The notes: generated by a model not told the origin, from the sequence alone. A stretch of DNA of 64,000 bases from Eledone cirrhosa (GCA_964016885.1 OZ024741.1:290222001-290286000); one strand, 5' to 3'; positions 41,123 through 56,154 are shown, counted from the first letter of the stretch. A program made the numbers and translations.

Positions 41123-41825
41123 TTATGGTTCATAAGAAAAGGGGATTGGCAGATGCGTAAGAGCATTGGTCAAAATATTTTGCAACATTTCGTTGCGACC
41201 TTCTCGTTCCGAGTTCAAATCCTGCCGAGTTCACCTTTGCTTTTCCTCTGACCTGGGTCGATAGACAAAAGTACTAAAATTTCTGATCTTGATAAATACT
41301 AGAAATAATTATTGCTACAGTTTAGATGGACGTAGAATCGACATATTCCCAGGGTCTGACAAGACATCATGTCGTATCTAGTTGTACCTCTCACGGAGGT
41401 TAACTTTGACTTTCATCCATTCAGGATATATAAAGTTAAGTACTAGTGTTCTACTCGGTACGATTCATCCGCCTCATACGTGTCATGCATTTCTCTGAGA
41501 TGATTGAAAACGATTTTATTACTCACATTCCTTTCTATCATTAGGTTTGATAATTAAATTATCTGGATAGCTACTTGTTAATTGGTCAAGCATTATTGAA
41601 CGGCCATTAAAGGTTTTTCAATAATTTATGAACATACTAATGCGAAGTGTTCATTAATGTAATATCAGTACATATTACATCATTTCCAATACACCAGCAG
41701 TGTTAGTGAAGCGTCGGACAAATTCCTTTGTGATATTCAGTTACGACTTTCTACGGTCTACATTGCAAACTCAGTGCAGGCTAACTTTACCTTTCCTCCT
41801 TCCGGGTTCGATAAAATAAAGTACC

Positions 41826-42095
41826 TTCTTCTTCTTCTTCTTCTTCTTCTTCTTCTTCTTCTTCTTCTTCTTTCATTTTTCCCGGGGTCTACCCCTGGAT
41901 CTCTTGCTGGTTGGTTTTGCCCGTAAAATCCGTCCAGCGATTTTCTGAGACATTCTAACCGCATGCCTATAGTATTGGAGCTGTGGTCTCTCAATTCTGA
42001 GTAGTAACGACTCTATCCTGAATGACTCTCTGACCTCCGATGTACGCATTTTATCGAGTAACGTCAATCCAAACACCCTTCGGATGAATCCCATT
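41826..42095 (-). mobile_element. RTE-clade LINE 3' fragment with (GAA)n tail, nested in an old SINE
   Basis: MGFIRRVFGLTLLDKMRTSEVRE...KRSRGRPR; AAGTACC duplicated at 41819-41825 and 42096-42102. Confidence 0.8.
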
Positions 42096-42617
42096 AAGTA
42101 CCATTAAGTAAAAAATATACGTTGATATAATCAACTTTCCACTTCCCCTAGATACCTGGCATTGTGCCAGTGTTAGAAATAATTATACACATATTCTACT
42201 AATTATTAAACTCAAAAGCTCTTCCACATAATATGAATTCCTATGAAGTATACAGCAAACACATCAAAGGAGATTGTAATGTCAATTAAATCGTCTGTTG
42301 CATATGAATAGTACATATTTATTGATAACTAATAGTTTTCATTATAGGCAGATGTTGAAGAATTTTTAAAGGAGAAGGGAAGTCAACTACGTTACTCAAA
42401 TGGTTATTAATCCTAGAAGTGTGAAAAGCAAAGTTGATTTTCGTGGAATTTAAACACATAACCTAAATATCTAGCATTGTACACGAGGATCTAACTTTTC
42501 CACCAATACACCGCCTTAGTTTACCAACTAATCATTTTTACTAACATTGGCACAAGGTCAGTACTTTGAAAGTCACGTATTTAACTGGTACATTATTTTT
42601 CTCGATTCCGGAATAAT

Positions 42618-42764
42618 TGTTTCTACTTTTGGCACACGGCCAGCAATTATCTCACTGTATTACTGGTACTTTATTTTATCGACCCGTAAGGATGAAAGGC
42701 AAAGTTAACCTCGGCGGGATTTGAACTCAGACCATAAAGGACTGTAACTCTTTGCTGCAAAGTA
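42618..42764 (-). mobile_element. Young SINE A nested in an older SINE A, 16-bp TSD
   Basis: TCGATTCCGGAATAAT at 42602-42617 and 42765-42780. Confidence 0.9.
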
Positions 42765-43500
42765 TCGATTCCGGAATAATGAAATACAAGATTAACCTCA
42801 GTGGGATTTGAGCTCAGAACATTTATCTCAAACCATTTTTCCAATTCTCAAACAGTTCCGCTAATCCGACAACCTAGTGTGCTATCTAATATTACAATCA
42901 TTATAAATATGATAATTAACAGTGGGATAAACCACTGTAAACAAGAAAGATAAAGTACCAACGACAAAACTTTAACTTACGGCATTGTACGGCATGAACT
43001 AGATTATCACATAAATTTCTTCACTCATACCTTTCATATGTTACTTATATTCTTACAGAAATAACCTCACATGTCACACCTACATATACATACACATATA
43101 CGCGTGCATATATAAATTCATATATACATACATATATCCATATAAACATTAATACATATGCTAATATACACATACAGACACACCATATATATATATACGA
43201 CCTACTTAAATCTAGAACCTAGAAATGATAGCTTACTAATAGCACACTCATGCTTCCTTTACTTAAGAAACTGGCCACAACTCCACCACTCCACCACGTC
43301 AAACCCATCATTACCATACAATCAAAAGAAATGCAACAATTAGATTAGGAACAATAACTACAACAAAAACAAGAAAACTTTTAAACATTACTTGTGACCA
43401 TTGTTAACTGGCACGAGCTAGCCTTCGGGTCTCGTCCCCCTCACACCCCAAGCAATTAAAGAAAAGAAAAAGCCTTTTTTTTTTCAATTGTAAGTACATC

Positions 43501-43568
<68 letters not shown>

Positions 43569-43734
43569 GTTGCTGAACGGTAGATCTTTACAAGTGGTAG
43601 AAGAAGAAAAAGAAGATAAGTAGTATGAATAAGAATCATAAATACGACCTGAAGAAGTCAAAACAAGGTTATCTTTAATTGCTAAAAGGATATATAACAA
43701 TCCAGGCCAATGATATACAACACCGAATTGACAA

Positions 43735-43873
<139 letters not shown>

Positions 43874-43934
43874 TATATGCATATATATATGTAGAGAGAC
43901 ACACATATATGTAGAGAGACACACATATATGTAT

Positions 43935-43967
<33 letters not shown>

Positions 43968-44112
43968 AATTTCAGTTGGTCTTAATTTTAAAAAAAAGTA
44001 TCAAATACATATAGAATTAGTACATTTTATTTGTATTGTTCATCTACGGTGGAATTTCATGTTTTACTCACCCATTGGACCAACACATTACTCAGTGTTA
44101 TATATATATAGT

Positions 44113-44295
44113 CGGTGGATTGGCAGTATCGGTAGATGGTTTGACGCCATGCTTTCCAGCATAGTTACGTCCCTTTATGATCTGAGTTCAAATCCCGCCG
44201 AGGTTGACTTTGCCTTTCATCCTTACGGGGTCGATAAAATAAAGTACCAGTAATGCACTGGGTAATTGCTGGCCTTGTGCCTAAAGTAGAAATTG
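44113..44295 (+). mobile_element. SINE family A, full length, 19-bp TSD
   Basis: TGTTATATATATATAGTCG at 44096-44114 and 44294-44312. Confidence 0.9.
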
Positions 44296-44308
44296 TTATA
44301 TATATATA

Positions 44309-44506
44309 GTCGATCGACCTTCGTCAAATCGGACCGAGGAAGCAATGTTTCTAATATTATCTATCGGTCGCAACTCCAGGTAGAAGGAGCAACGCAAAAT
44401 AAAGTATCTTGCTGAAGGACATAAACGCATCGCCCGGTCAAGGAATCAAACTCACAACCTCAGAATTGCGAATCTAATTCTCTAATCACTCAGCCACACG
44501 CCTTCA
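44309..44506 (-). mobile_element. SINE family D
   Basis: Reverse complement of 23509-23722 with an internal deletion. Confidence 0.8.
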
Positions 44507-45149
44507 CTTATCTACTATATAAATTGGAAGGGGTCGGACGTTGTATATTTAAGTAAGTAAGTAAGTGTAGTCGGATAAACGTCGAAACGGCTTGGTGGAA
44601 TGCAGCGAAAATTTACAGTATGCAAAATGACCTGAGAAGGCGTTGGGTCGACTTTTAGGGTACAAGCTTCCATGGTTACGGAGAAAATCGATGAAAATCC
44701 CATTCAAATTGAACTGAGAGTAATCTGTGAACGCAGAAGTAAATATTTCGAGAAACTTTCCAACCGAACGAAAACAGGAAGACGATATTTTGGTTCGTGA
44801 AGACGTTCCCTGGCAATGAACGGAAAAAAAGCGAGGATAATACATCGTTATGTGGAGCGAGAAGAACAATTTCATGCAAAGACAAGACCAAGTTTATGGT
44901 ATAAATGGAGTCGTTAGACTAATATTCTATTTAAAATAACAGAATGATTTCCAGCTCCGGAGTTTAAGAATGATGTAAATAAAATTTAAAACGAAAATGA
45001 CAGAGGTTATTAAAATAGTAAAAGTAAATAGTGAAGATTTAGGCCAGTACATACGTATGCCCCTACAGATATACACATACACACGCACACACAAATAACC
45101 CCCCCCCCCCCACACGCACACACACACAGAGCGCGCGCGTGTATAAACC

Positions 45150-45567
45150 TTATGCATTTCTACAGTATTTTCACCAAACTTAAGACATAGGTTACTTATG
45201 TACTCCGGATGGTCATGGACATTTTTATTTTTCCAGATATTGATCATAGGGCAGATAACCCCCTTTAACCACTTCCTTGGAGTCGACTGAAGAACTGCAG
45301 TGCAATGCAACAAAACGTCATAACTTCTGGAGTTCGGAAGCGATTTTCACAAAACTTGACACATGGGCTACGTTTGTCCTACAGATGAATGTGAACTCTC
45401 AGAATTGGCACATATTGAGTAGGGGACCCCTGTGGGCAGGAACCCTCTTTTGGAAAAAGCCGATGATTTTGTAAAAGTATAGTTTTCGAAGTAGCACTGA
45501 AGTATTGACATAAATGATATACACAACTGCTATTTAATACCCGAGCAACGCTGGGTACCTCTGCTAG
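45150..45567 (+). mobile_element. Non-autonomous Helitron-like element (3' end clear, 5' end approximate)
   Basis: ACCCGAGCAACGCTGGGT hairpin, then ACCTCTG-CTAG|T. Confidence 0.6.
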
Positions 45568-47176
45568 TATATATATAGAAGAACATTATTGAAACAACTT
45601 TCAAGCTATTTGTTTAATTCTGTATATTTTAGGTCTTTAGGTTAAATATAGTTATTCTATTTCTGTTCAGCATAAACAAATGTTCATTTGGTCATATTTC
45701 TCTTATCTCATGACTGTACCGGAGCTACAGAACAATGCCATCATACCTACAGTTTATCGAATTCATTATGGAAAAATCCATCTACATGGTGGGCACTCTT
45801 TAGAGGTTTTTATTTAATAGCCATATCATTCGCTAGCTCTGACTCCCGACATCCACATTCCTTTCAAATCACCATTCAATCCTTTTGATTGAGTTATGCA
45901 CCTTAATCTTTGGTCAGTCTAACATTCTATGAAATCAAACACTGTCAATTTAAGAATTGATATATAAGTTAAGGTATTTGTGGGAGTTTTCTGTCTGAAA
46001 ATAAGTGTAATATGTGGCTCTTGACGGTATGTTCAGAACTAATCAGAACTAATCTGTAGGTAGACTAATACAAAAGCTTAATATACATAGTATTGAAGTC
46101 GGTGTGTCACCTTAACCTTGGTCTCTAAGAAGGAACATAATTATGGAAGTAATAGAATAACTTATATAGATTTAAACTTGGCATGTCTTGAGCATTTGAT
46201 TTTTTTATTATGAAGGCTGACAACGATAAAATAGGAATTTTGGCACAGCTGGATCAAAGGGTCTTTTGAAGATCTTCTGTTTTTACACTCTTCTTTACTA
46301 TTAACGCTGCATATTCTCCCCAAGGTATAAAGAGCACACTAACTAACACTTACAGATATCAAGGGAGACTACTACAAATAATTGGGAAACCTCCATCGGC
46401 ATACTATTGGAAAACATATCGAAGACATTAGATAATGTAGCCTTAGATACATTATATCTGAAAAAACTATGGGACTGAAAGCTCGTTTCTAGATCATGTT
46501 TGATCATAGCTCTCCTCAATCAAGTATAACCTGGGACATCTTTTATTACTTAGTAGGAAAGGACACTGCCAATGTCTCTTCTCTGGGCCTCTGAAAACGG
46601 TTGGACGAAGCACAACTGAGCTAAAACTGAGCTGTTACATAATCCAACAGTGGTAGTTTTAAAGTTATTGACGAATTGACTCTAATGACACGCTCTCATT
46701 CAAGTATATCACGGTGGCATATGAACTCAGAACGCAGGTACAGGAAAATATGCTGAGTAGAATTTCGTTCAACACTGACGGTACAACAACTAAAATGTTA
46801 AATTATCCTGAAATAACAGTGAATGGAAACGAACTCAAATACCCAACAACACACCTCTTTGGTGGTCACTTTCTAGAGGACCTATTAAGTAGCCATATCA
46901 TTCGCCCACTCTAATTCTCGACAGCCACAATCACACTTTCAGCACACCATGAACTCATTTTGATTGAGATATATACCTCTGGCTTTGTTCAGTCATAAAC
47001 GTAAGTGCCGTATTCCTACAACTTTATAACGGAAAAAGTAAGTAGATTTAAAAAATAGTACAATACAAAAATACCGTAACCCCTCAATGAAATAAATGAT
47101 GTATATATATATATATATGCGCATATATATATACACACAGACACAAACATACACAAACACCACGCATATATATATA

Positions 47177-47241
<65 letters not shown>

Positions 47242-47293
47242 ATATATATACACACAGACACAAACACACACAAACACCACGCATATATATATA

Positions 47294-47341
<48 letters not shown>

Positions 47342-47385
47342 TATATGTTTATATATATATATATATGTATATATATATACATATA

Positions 47386-47428
<43 letters not shown>

Positions 47429-47712
47429 ACATACATACATACATACATACATACATACATACATACATACATACATACATACATACATACATACATACAT
47501 AAAATTAAAAAAAGATAAAAGATGCTAGAAGGAGAAATAAAATAAGAAAGTTGTTGGTAGGAAGGAAAAAGGAAACGACAAACGAATTAAGAAATGAGAC
47601 AAATAAATAAATATAGAAAAACAGAAGAAATAGAACGCGGAAAAAAGATAAAAGAGTTGCAAAGGATAACTTATTAATATATACGTATGTGTGTATGACT
47701 GTGTGTGTATGT

Positions 47713-47798
<86 letters not shown>

Positions 47799-48346
47799 GT
47801 ATAATGTCAAAACTTCAATGAAAACAATTGTATAATTAAAATAAAAGAGTCATCGTATACAACAACGGAAATGTAGTGGACAGAAACATGTAAAAGAAAA
47901 TGGCGGATAAGTATTCTAATTTATATATGTATGTTTGTATGTATACGTAACGTATTATGTATGTATGATGTATGTTTTTATGTATATATATATATGTATG
48001 TATTATATATCTATTATGTATGTATTTTTGCATGTATGTATGCATTATGTATGTTTGTATGCATATATATATGTATTAATGTATTAGAGTTGCCGCGATT
48101 AATAGGCAAATAATCAGTATCGACATTATCGACCATTTTACTGATTACTCGGTATCAGACTTTTTGCTGAATAGTCGGTTTTGATAGTCGCCCATTGATG
48201 TTTTTTTAATTATTACTTATGGGCAGATATGCTGGAGCAAGAAAACCTTGGGCGATAGAGAAATTCAGAAACTCAAGGCATTCAATATGTAGGAAAAACA
48301 TTTTCCGACTTCGTTAACATATATTAAGAATGATCTAGACTGCTAT

Positions 48347-48811
48347 TTAGTCTTAGTCTTAGATTCTTCCGCGCCGTTCGGCGCATCGAGCACTAAGTAC
48401 TCGCCAACGGTCACGATCAGCGGCAACTTTTTCGCGACCGTGCCAGGTGATGTTGGCTGCCATCAGGTCCTTCCGGAATGTTCGTCGCCAGGTGATCATT
48501 GGGCAACCCCGCCTCCGTTTACCGCCAGGCGGAGTCCAGTTCATCGCTGTTTTCGAATGCCGTTCATTTGGCAGACGCAGAATATGGCCAGCCAAACGGC
48601 ACCGACGCTCCTTGACCACTATCTGTTGCGTCCACGACTCGGCTCTCCGCAGGATCTCCTCGTTTCGCACTCGGTCGCGCCAGGACACACGAAGGATCTT
48701 TCGCAGACACCGCTGGTGGAAAGCGATCAGCCGTCTCTCTATTTTTGCCGTACTCTTCCAGTTCTCGCTCACATAAAGCACTAGACTGCTACACAATGCT
48801 GTATTTACCAT
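48347..48811 (-). mobile_element. RTE-clade LINE 3' fragment with (CTAAGA)n tail
   Basis: LYVSENW, AFHQRCLRKILRVSWRDRVRNEEIL, RLAGHILRLP, PGGKRRRGCP, AADRDRWR. Confidence 0.9.
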
Positions 48812-48909
48812 ATGTCCTCACGAGAGAGAAAACTACGGAAGTCGTGGTATTTCATCATTGAAGACGCATATTACACTTTGAGCGTCGCAACGACAAGTGC
48901 CAATTATAA

Positions 48910-49128
48910 AATGGTTTCTTATATAGGCACAAGGCAAGCAATTTTAGGGGAGGGGAAAGTAGATTTAATCGTCGCCAGTGCGTGACTGGTACTTTATTTT
49001 ATCGACCCCGTAAGGATGAAAGCCAAAGTTAACCTCAGGGGGATTTGAACTCAGATCATAAAGAGCCGTAACTCTATGCTGCAAAGCATAGCGTCCGACC
49101 GTCTACCGATACTGCCAATCCATCGCCC
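48910..49128 (-). mobile_element. SINE family A, long-tail variant, full length
   Basis: Head, core and tail match. Confidence 0.85.
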
Positions 49129-49364
49129 ACCAATGTGTGTTACTAAGCTATCTGACAGCATAAACATTTGTACTTTTTGAAATGAGTCTATGAGTGTCTG
49201 TATATGTGTGCACACATGATTATATTTGTGTGTGCATGGGATTAGTAGTGCATGACAGGGTTAACGTGTGTTTAAGTAAGGGTGTTTATATGTGAGTGTG
49301 TGTCTGCATGTGTAGTATTTCTCTGCGTATTTATATGTATATCTGATCGTGATTATTTTCCTAT

Positions 49365-49552
49365 GTGGATTGGTAGTATCGGTAGAGGGTCGGACGCCAT
49401 GCTTTGATGCATAGAGTTACGGACCTTTCCAATTTGAGTTCAAATCCCGCCGAGGTTAACTTTGCCTTTTATCCTTACGGGGTCGATAAAATAAAGTACC
49501 AGTAATGCACTAGGTAATTGCTGGCCTTGTGCCAAAAGTAGAAACAATTATT
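49365..49552 (+). mobile_element. SINE family A with 16-bp TSD
   Basis: ATTATTTTCCTATGTG at 49352-49367 and 49547-49562. Confidence 0.9.
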
Positions 49553-49688
49553 TTCCTATGTGCACAAGCGCAAGTGCAGGAGAATATGTCTAAGAGCGAA
49601 AGCGAGATTTTTCTAGCACCTATCTCTCTCTCTCTCTCTCTATGTAAATATATAAATATATATATACATATATATACATATATATATA

Positions 49689-49724
<36 letters not shown>

Positions 49725-50050
49725 GAAAGCAAAAGGAGCCGACTGATACAATCTGCCGATAGCTGCTTCCGCCAGAGTCACCACCGCTTTTTCCAGTAAT
49801 ATTGACAGGAGGTGGGATTTGAACTCAAAACGAACACAACCGGAATAGACATTGCAAAGCATCCCAGACGCTCCAACTATGTTGCCAATTCGCCTCATTC
49901 AGAGCGCTTCATTTTGAAACTATGAAAGCTCAGTGTATGTGAACATTTCTGAATTACAAACTGTGTTTATAATCCCCTCTCTTACTCTCTCATTCCCCAA
50001 TATCACTCTATGAATATATGACATGTGTGTATGTGTCTGTCAGTGAGGTT

Positions 50051-50110
<60 letters not shown>

Positions 50111-51409
50111 GAGAGAAAGCAGAGAGTATGTGTGTGTGTGAATTATTAAGCTGTTATTCCAGAGATAATAATCTGTTAAGTAGAATTTAACACTTCACTG
50201 AAAGAAACTTGTCTTAAATAGGCTCCTGTATGGACCTAAGTACAGGGCATATGATACGTTGTACCTATTAATCTATCGGTCTGTGTGTCTGTCTGTCTAC
50301 CTATGTATTTATGTATCAACACTTCCATCTCTCTCTCTCTCTCTCTCTGTAAATATATATATATATATGAGTGTGTGTGTGTGTGTGTGTGTATTTATCA
50401 ATTTACCGGCAGTGAAAGCTTTACACTGTTCTCTCGTTACGCCAGTTCTCACATTTGGCGATCATTCCAACATTTACAAACTCAATTCCACATGTGAGTG
50501 CGCACGCGCACTCACATGTCCATACATATATACCCAAACAGGATCACAGAAATATATGCATATATATTTACATTCATACATTCAAATGCATACGCATTTC
50601 TGTATATTGGTCACGCGAATATAAACGAATTCGTGTCACAATCACGTGGTACTTAGTTCGATCTGATAGCACGCCCACTTTCAAATTCTTTATCACAACC
50701 TTGAAAAATGAAGTTCGCTCATCTCTAATACTAATTTCAAATTAAACAAAAGGGCAGAAATTTGTGGGAAGTGGAATGCCGATTGTATAAGCCCCAGTTC
50801 TTTACTGGTACTTCATTTTATCGAACTAGGAACGATGAATGGCGAAGTTGACCATGGCGAGATTTGAACCAGAACGTAGAAAGTCGTAACTAAATGCTGC
50901 ACACGTTTTGGTTGACCATCTCACAACTCTGACAATGCACCACCCTCTTATCGATTATCATTCAGGCACAAAGCCAATAGTTTTAGGGCAAAGGAAAGTC
51001 GATTAAATCAACCTAAGTGCCTGACTGGTACTTTATTTTATCGACCACGGAAGGATGAAAGGTAAAATTTACCTCAGGCTCATTTGAATTGTGAACGCAA
51101 TATTTGTCCGTTGCTCTAACTCCTCTGCCAGTCCACCGCGTGTCTTTACCAATGAGACCAGTGCATAATAAAATACGGATGTGCTATAGAATGAAAACCT
51201 GATGTGTTATGAACAAATGGATGCCATATTTGAAATCAGCACCTCAAAATTAGTTATAAACAACAACAAAAACTAAGTCAGCAAAAAGTGTGTTAACTAG
51301 TGCTATCTATAAAGATTCTCCATTCATGAGGACCATACTGTAGAGCAGCCAACACTTTTAACAGTCCCGTCATTTTTAAACTCAGCGTCCACAAATTACT
51401 CTAGAAGGG

Positions 51410-51628
51410 TGCTGGATTGGTAATATCGGTAGGGTGTCGGACAATATGCTTCGTGACATAGAGTTGCGGCCCTTTACGTTCTCATTTCAAATCCCGTGAA
51501 TATTAGCTTTGCCTTTCATCCTTACGGGGTCAATAAAATAAAGTACCAGTCACGCACTGGGGTCGATTTAATCGACTCCCCATCCCCATAAAACAATTGG
51601 GCTTGTGCTTAAATCAAGAGTCCATTAT
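51410..51628 (+). mobile_element. SINE family A, long-tail variant, diverged
   Basis: Head, core and tail match. Confidence 0.75.
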
Positions 51629-51724
51629 TCTACTGAATTTCGAAGTGCCTCGTCAACTCTTTCACATGGACATATATTAGTTTTCTTAGATTGCAAATGT
51701 TGACTCCAGATGTTTTTGTGAATA

Positions 51725-51948
51725 CAGTCTGTTCACTTTATAAGAGAAGTTGCTTTCGTGAACGCGGCGCGTAAAGCAAATTCGCGTAATTCAACTCTAA
51801 TGTTATATTATATTTCTGATAAATAAAATCATTACAAGCCACAAGCGTTATAGCGTGTTATTCGCGCAAAGTGAATATTTAATATTTTTTCAAGAGGCGT
51901 TAAAGCGAATGCGCGTAGTTCAAGTTCGCGTAAAAAGCAAACATACTG
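51725..51948. mobile_element. pogo/Tigger-like MITE
   Basis: TA|CAGTCTGTTCACTTT ... AAAAGCAAACATACTG|TA imperfect TIRs; internal CGCGTAA repeats. Confidence 0.55.
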
Positions 51949-52386
51949 TATATATCATTGAAAAATATGAGTGCCGCTCGACACAACACTATGGCAATAT
52001 GGGTTAACGTTAACAAATTCGCTATTAGTAGGTGGGTTTTAAAATCTACTATTCATGAAAGCATTGTCTTAAAAGTTTGTACCCAATTACAGAAGATGGA
52101 TAAAGAGATGAGGTTTAATAACTAGTTTATTTTGCCGGAAATATGCTTTTAATCTATTGTTTCAAGTGTCTATAGTGTTAAGTAGGGGTATCAGTTTACT
52201 TTACTAGTTTATGATTAAAGTGTATGCATGAAATTACTGCTTACTACTTAGAAAAGTATACACACACGAACACACACAAGCACACACACACATGTATATA
52301 TATATATATATATATAAATGTGTGTGTACATATACATATGTTTATAAACTTATATACATACATATATATATGCATAAATAGATATT

Positions 52387-52491
<105 letters not shown>

Positions 52492-52673
52492 ATAGATATA
52501 TGCAAACACCATATATACATGCTACATACATACATTTATATATACGCGATTCTCTGTACTCTGCGTTCAAATTGCACGGAGGTCAACTTTAACTTTTATG
52601 ACTTCCACATCGATAAATAAAAAACTAGTTCATCATTGAATTGACATTTTTACCCCCCCCCCCCTCTCTCTCT

Positions 52674-52726
<53 letters not shown>

Positions 52727-53759
52727 CATACATACACTGTATATGTATATATATATATATATATATATAAGAAAAGATTGTCTGTGTACCGACCTGGAAT
52801 GGACTTCACCAGGTTAAAATACCAAAGATCTATTTAACAATGGCGGAGATGAAAGGACAAAAGACAAAGATGTCAGGATATGTGTGTGATGTGTACAGAA
52901 TGTTAGGGATCGATAATAATGGTGCGGTAGTAATGCATTTCAAATCAATTGTCATTTCACTTTTCATCAGAATTCCACAGCCCAGTATCCCATTGCTTGT
53001 TCGCACAGACCGGTAGTCATTGAAATCGACTCCACCCCAAAATAAAACAGTTATTTTTTATATTGAGCCCACAAGACTAACACTAAAGCTGAGCACAACA
53101 GGATCTGAACTGTAAACGAAGAATATGACTGAAAAAATATACCGTAAAGCAGACATCTTATTCAAAACTCTCACGATTCTCTCAAATTACTACCATAAAC
53201 CAGGTAAATTGTGCTGCCTAATTTTGGCCCAAGTTGAAAGATTTGTAGCGAGGGAATGTCGGTTATACCGACCGCAGTACTTTACTGACAATTTCATTTA
53301 TTCACCCCCAAAAGGATGAAAAGTAAAGTTAACCACGGTGGGTGGGAACTCAGAACGTAAAGATTCGGAACAAATGCCACAAAGTTGACAGCATTTTGTT
53401 CAAGATTCCAGCAATTCTACGAATCCACCGCCATCAGATAAATAAATAATAGTCAATTAAAAAGTCTAGGGAGACGAAGAGAAAAATGGAGAGAGTGAAG
53501 AGGGATAAATTATTTCTTTCTTTTTTCTCTTCTACTTATCTTTTAAATCACGTGAAAGGAAGATAAGGGAAGTAGAAATAAGGAAGAACTAAGAATATCT
53601 AAAATAAAGTAAAAACAGATAAAGTAATAATAATACACACGCAAGCAAACATGCATTATCTCTCGCTCTCATACACAAATACAAACACACACACACATAT
53701 ATATACTTGTATATATATATATATATATTTATACACACACACATATATATATATATATT

Positions 53760-53924
<165 letters not shown>

Positions 53925-54036
53925 GATATAAAGAGTAAGAGAGATGTACACACAAAATGATAAATGGAAATGTAGATAGAGAAGGAGTTAAACATAATGA
54001 GGCAAACATGCATATCGTCTATATATTTATATATAC

Positions 54037-54077
<41 letters not shown>

Positions 54078-54619
54078 CGCATACATACATACATACATAC
54101 ATACATACATACATACATACATACATACATACATACATACATACATACATACATACATGTGCGTATGTATACAGAATGAGAAAGAAAGTAATGGAAAGGG
54201 AAAAAATTTGGAAGTTAAATGTTGGTGTGGACTTTTCAGTAATAGCCTTCAGTGGAGATTTATTTTCTGTAACCAGTTTATTTTTTCTATTTCAATTATC
54301 TCCCTCTTCGTAGTATTTCACAATCACATTCATTTGTCCCGTTGGTGGAGTTATTGACGCAATTTTGTGAAATCAATTTCACATGCAATTGATAGGATTT
54401 CTAATTTATATTTTAAAAGTTTATTTAGGGAGTCTATCAATATGTGTCCACCAGTATTTTTGGGGGTGGAGAGATGCGTACGCACATGTGTGAGAGAGGG
54501 AGGAAATGAAAAAAAGAGGAGGACCTAATACACTACGCGATTATGTCTTTACACACATTTTCAGTGCCAGTATCCCTATGCAGCGTTTACCTTTCACCCT
54601 TACGAAGATGCCAAAACAT

Positions 54620-55000
54620 CACCTGACCATCTTGTGTCTTGGGGAGTCAGAATGATTCCATTGGGCACTCTGTCCATTGGTCTTTGGATCATATCATTAG
54701 ATCCAGCTCATGTCACAGTTTACGAGAGACTCAAGGACACTTTGATTGGAAGCAATCCACTCGATCATTTCCTCTTGTCATCGATGCGTCTCTACCTTTG
54801 ATCTTCACTGAGCCCCCGGGAAACAACTTTACACATGTTCAGATCACAGTACTGTGCACTGTACCCTTAGCCACTTCAAATTATTTAGCAATCGTCAGAA
54901 GAGCTGCACAACTGTCCTCGCCCATGAATTTGTGAATTTTGTCGACCAACATTGGCGTCCGGATGTCGCTCTCACTACCACACTCTCGTCAAACCTCACC
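54620..55000 (-). pseudogene. Decayed mariner transposase fragment (not in the ORF track)
   Basis: Manual translation: VDKIHKFMGED..LTIAK*FEVAKGTVHS, DLNMCKVVSR, LSEDQR, LESLVNCDMSWI**YDPKTNGQSAQWNHSDSPRHK (compare TGDE.W...YDPE.K.QS..W). Confidence 0.7.
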
Positions 55001-55479
55001 TGCTCTCTGCCCTCATGAAATCTCTTATGCCTGCGGAATTAATACTACATATCTGGGGTCTAACACAGCAGCTGTGTTAAACCCCAGATATGTAGTATTA
55101 ATTTTTAATTCTAAATTTTTCAGTTATTCTCATCTAGCAACTCATTCTGTGGCTTTGGCCGAAATATAGCAGCTGTGTTAGACTCCTTATTTCACTTCTC
55201 ACTTTCCAATCTTACTTTCTGTTACATCTTTCTCTCATTTTTTATTATATTCTTTTTTAGTATATTTTTCTTTGTCCCCTAATCGCATTTGTTTAACTAT
55301 TTCTATAACGTCCCTTCTCCACTTTCTAAAGATACCTTTTTTCGCCAACCTCCTCTTGCCTACTTTCATACACATTCCTTAGAATTTGCCGTGTAGATTT
55401 CACCTTCTACGCTTGACCGGCTCTACCCACTCCCCTATCGTTCTACAGGCAAGTTAAGCCATCCCCACCCCGCACCCAC

Positions 55480-55664
55480 TGCCATGATAGACTTTTCTGT
55501 GTCCGCTACAAATTTTGACCAATCCCCTTGACAACTACAATCTTCCCATATAAGGAAGTACCCTTGAAAAGTTCGGCTATTTATTTACCAGACTAAAAAA
55601 ACTTTTACTTTAGTCCAGAAATAGCCGTCGAAACGGCTTGAGCTCTGCCATCGGGGTCATACTT

Positions 55665-55668
<4 letters not shown>
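55480..55668 (+). mobile_element. Diverged pseudo-LTR of the Naiad-like family with hammerhead-like fold
   Basis: Aligns with 13035-13225; ACCC-TTGAAAA-gttCGGCTATTT...AAATAGCCGtc-GAAACGGC..GAGCTC.GCC-ATC-GGGGT; followed by (TA)n. Confidence 0.65.
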
Positions 55669-55712
<44 letters not shown>

Positions 55713-56122
55713 GTATACATGCCAAACCGCTCCGTACTTTTGGTGGTGTGTGAACTGAAGCAGATTCTCAAATACCATTTCCTTTCATAGTATTACAACT
55801 GCATTTTTATTAATTTTTTTTCATATCATTTGCTTAGTATTTTGTTTCACCACGGCCTTATTATAACTCTCCTTCTCTTTTGCACAGACATTTCTTAGAC
55901 ATTACTTTCCTTCATTTAATCATTCGTTTATTCATTCACTCACTAAATCAGATTCAATCGCTATTCTTTCCAGTCTTTCTCCCACGAAATGAAAACGTTC
56001 CGTATTTCACATTTTTCATAGAATTCTTGTTGTTGTTGCTAATGCTGGTGCTTTTTGTTGTTGTAATTATTGTTGTTTACTTGTTTTTGTTCCATAATCT
56101 GATGAAACCTAATCCAATCTTC

Positions 56123-56154
<32 letters not shown>

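Noticed and set aside
47095-47340. Duplicated unit of about 120 bp inside microsatellite
   Set aside because: Explained by slippage or unequal exchange between (TA)n tracts; similar trivial cases at 7503-7553, 9481-9575 and 57758-57800
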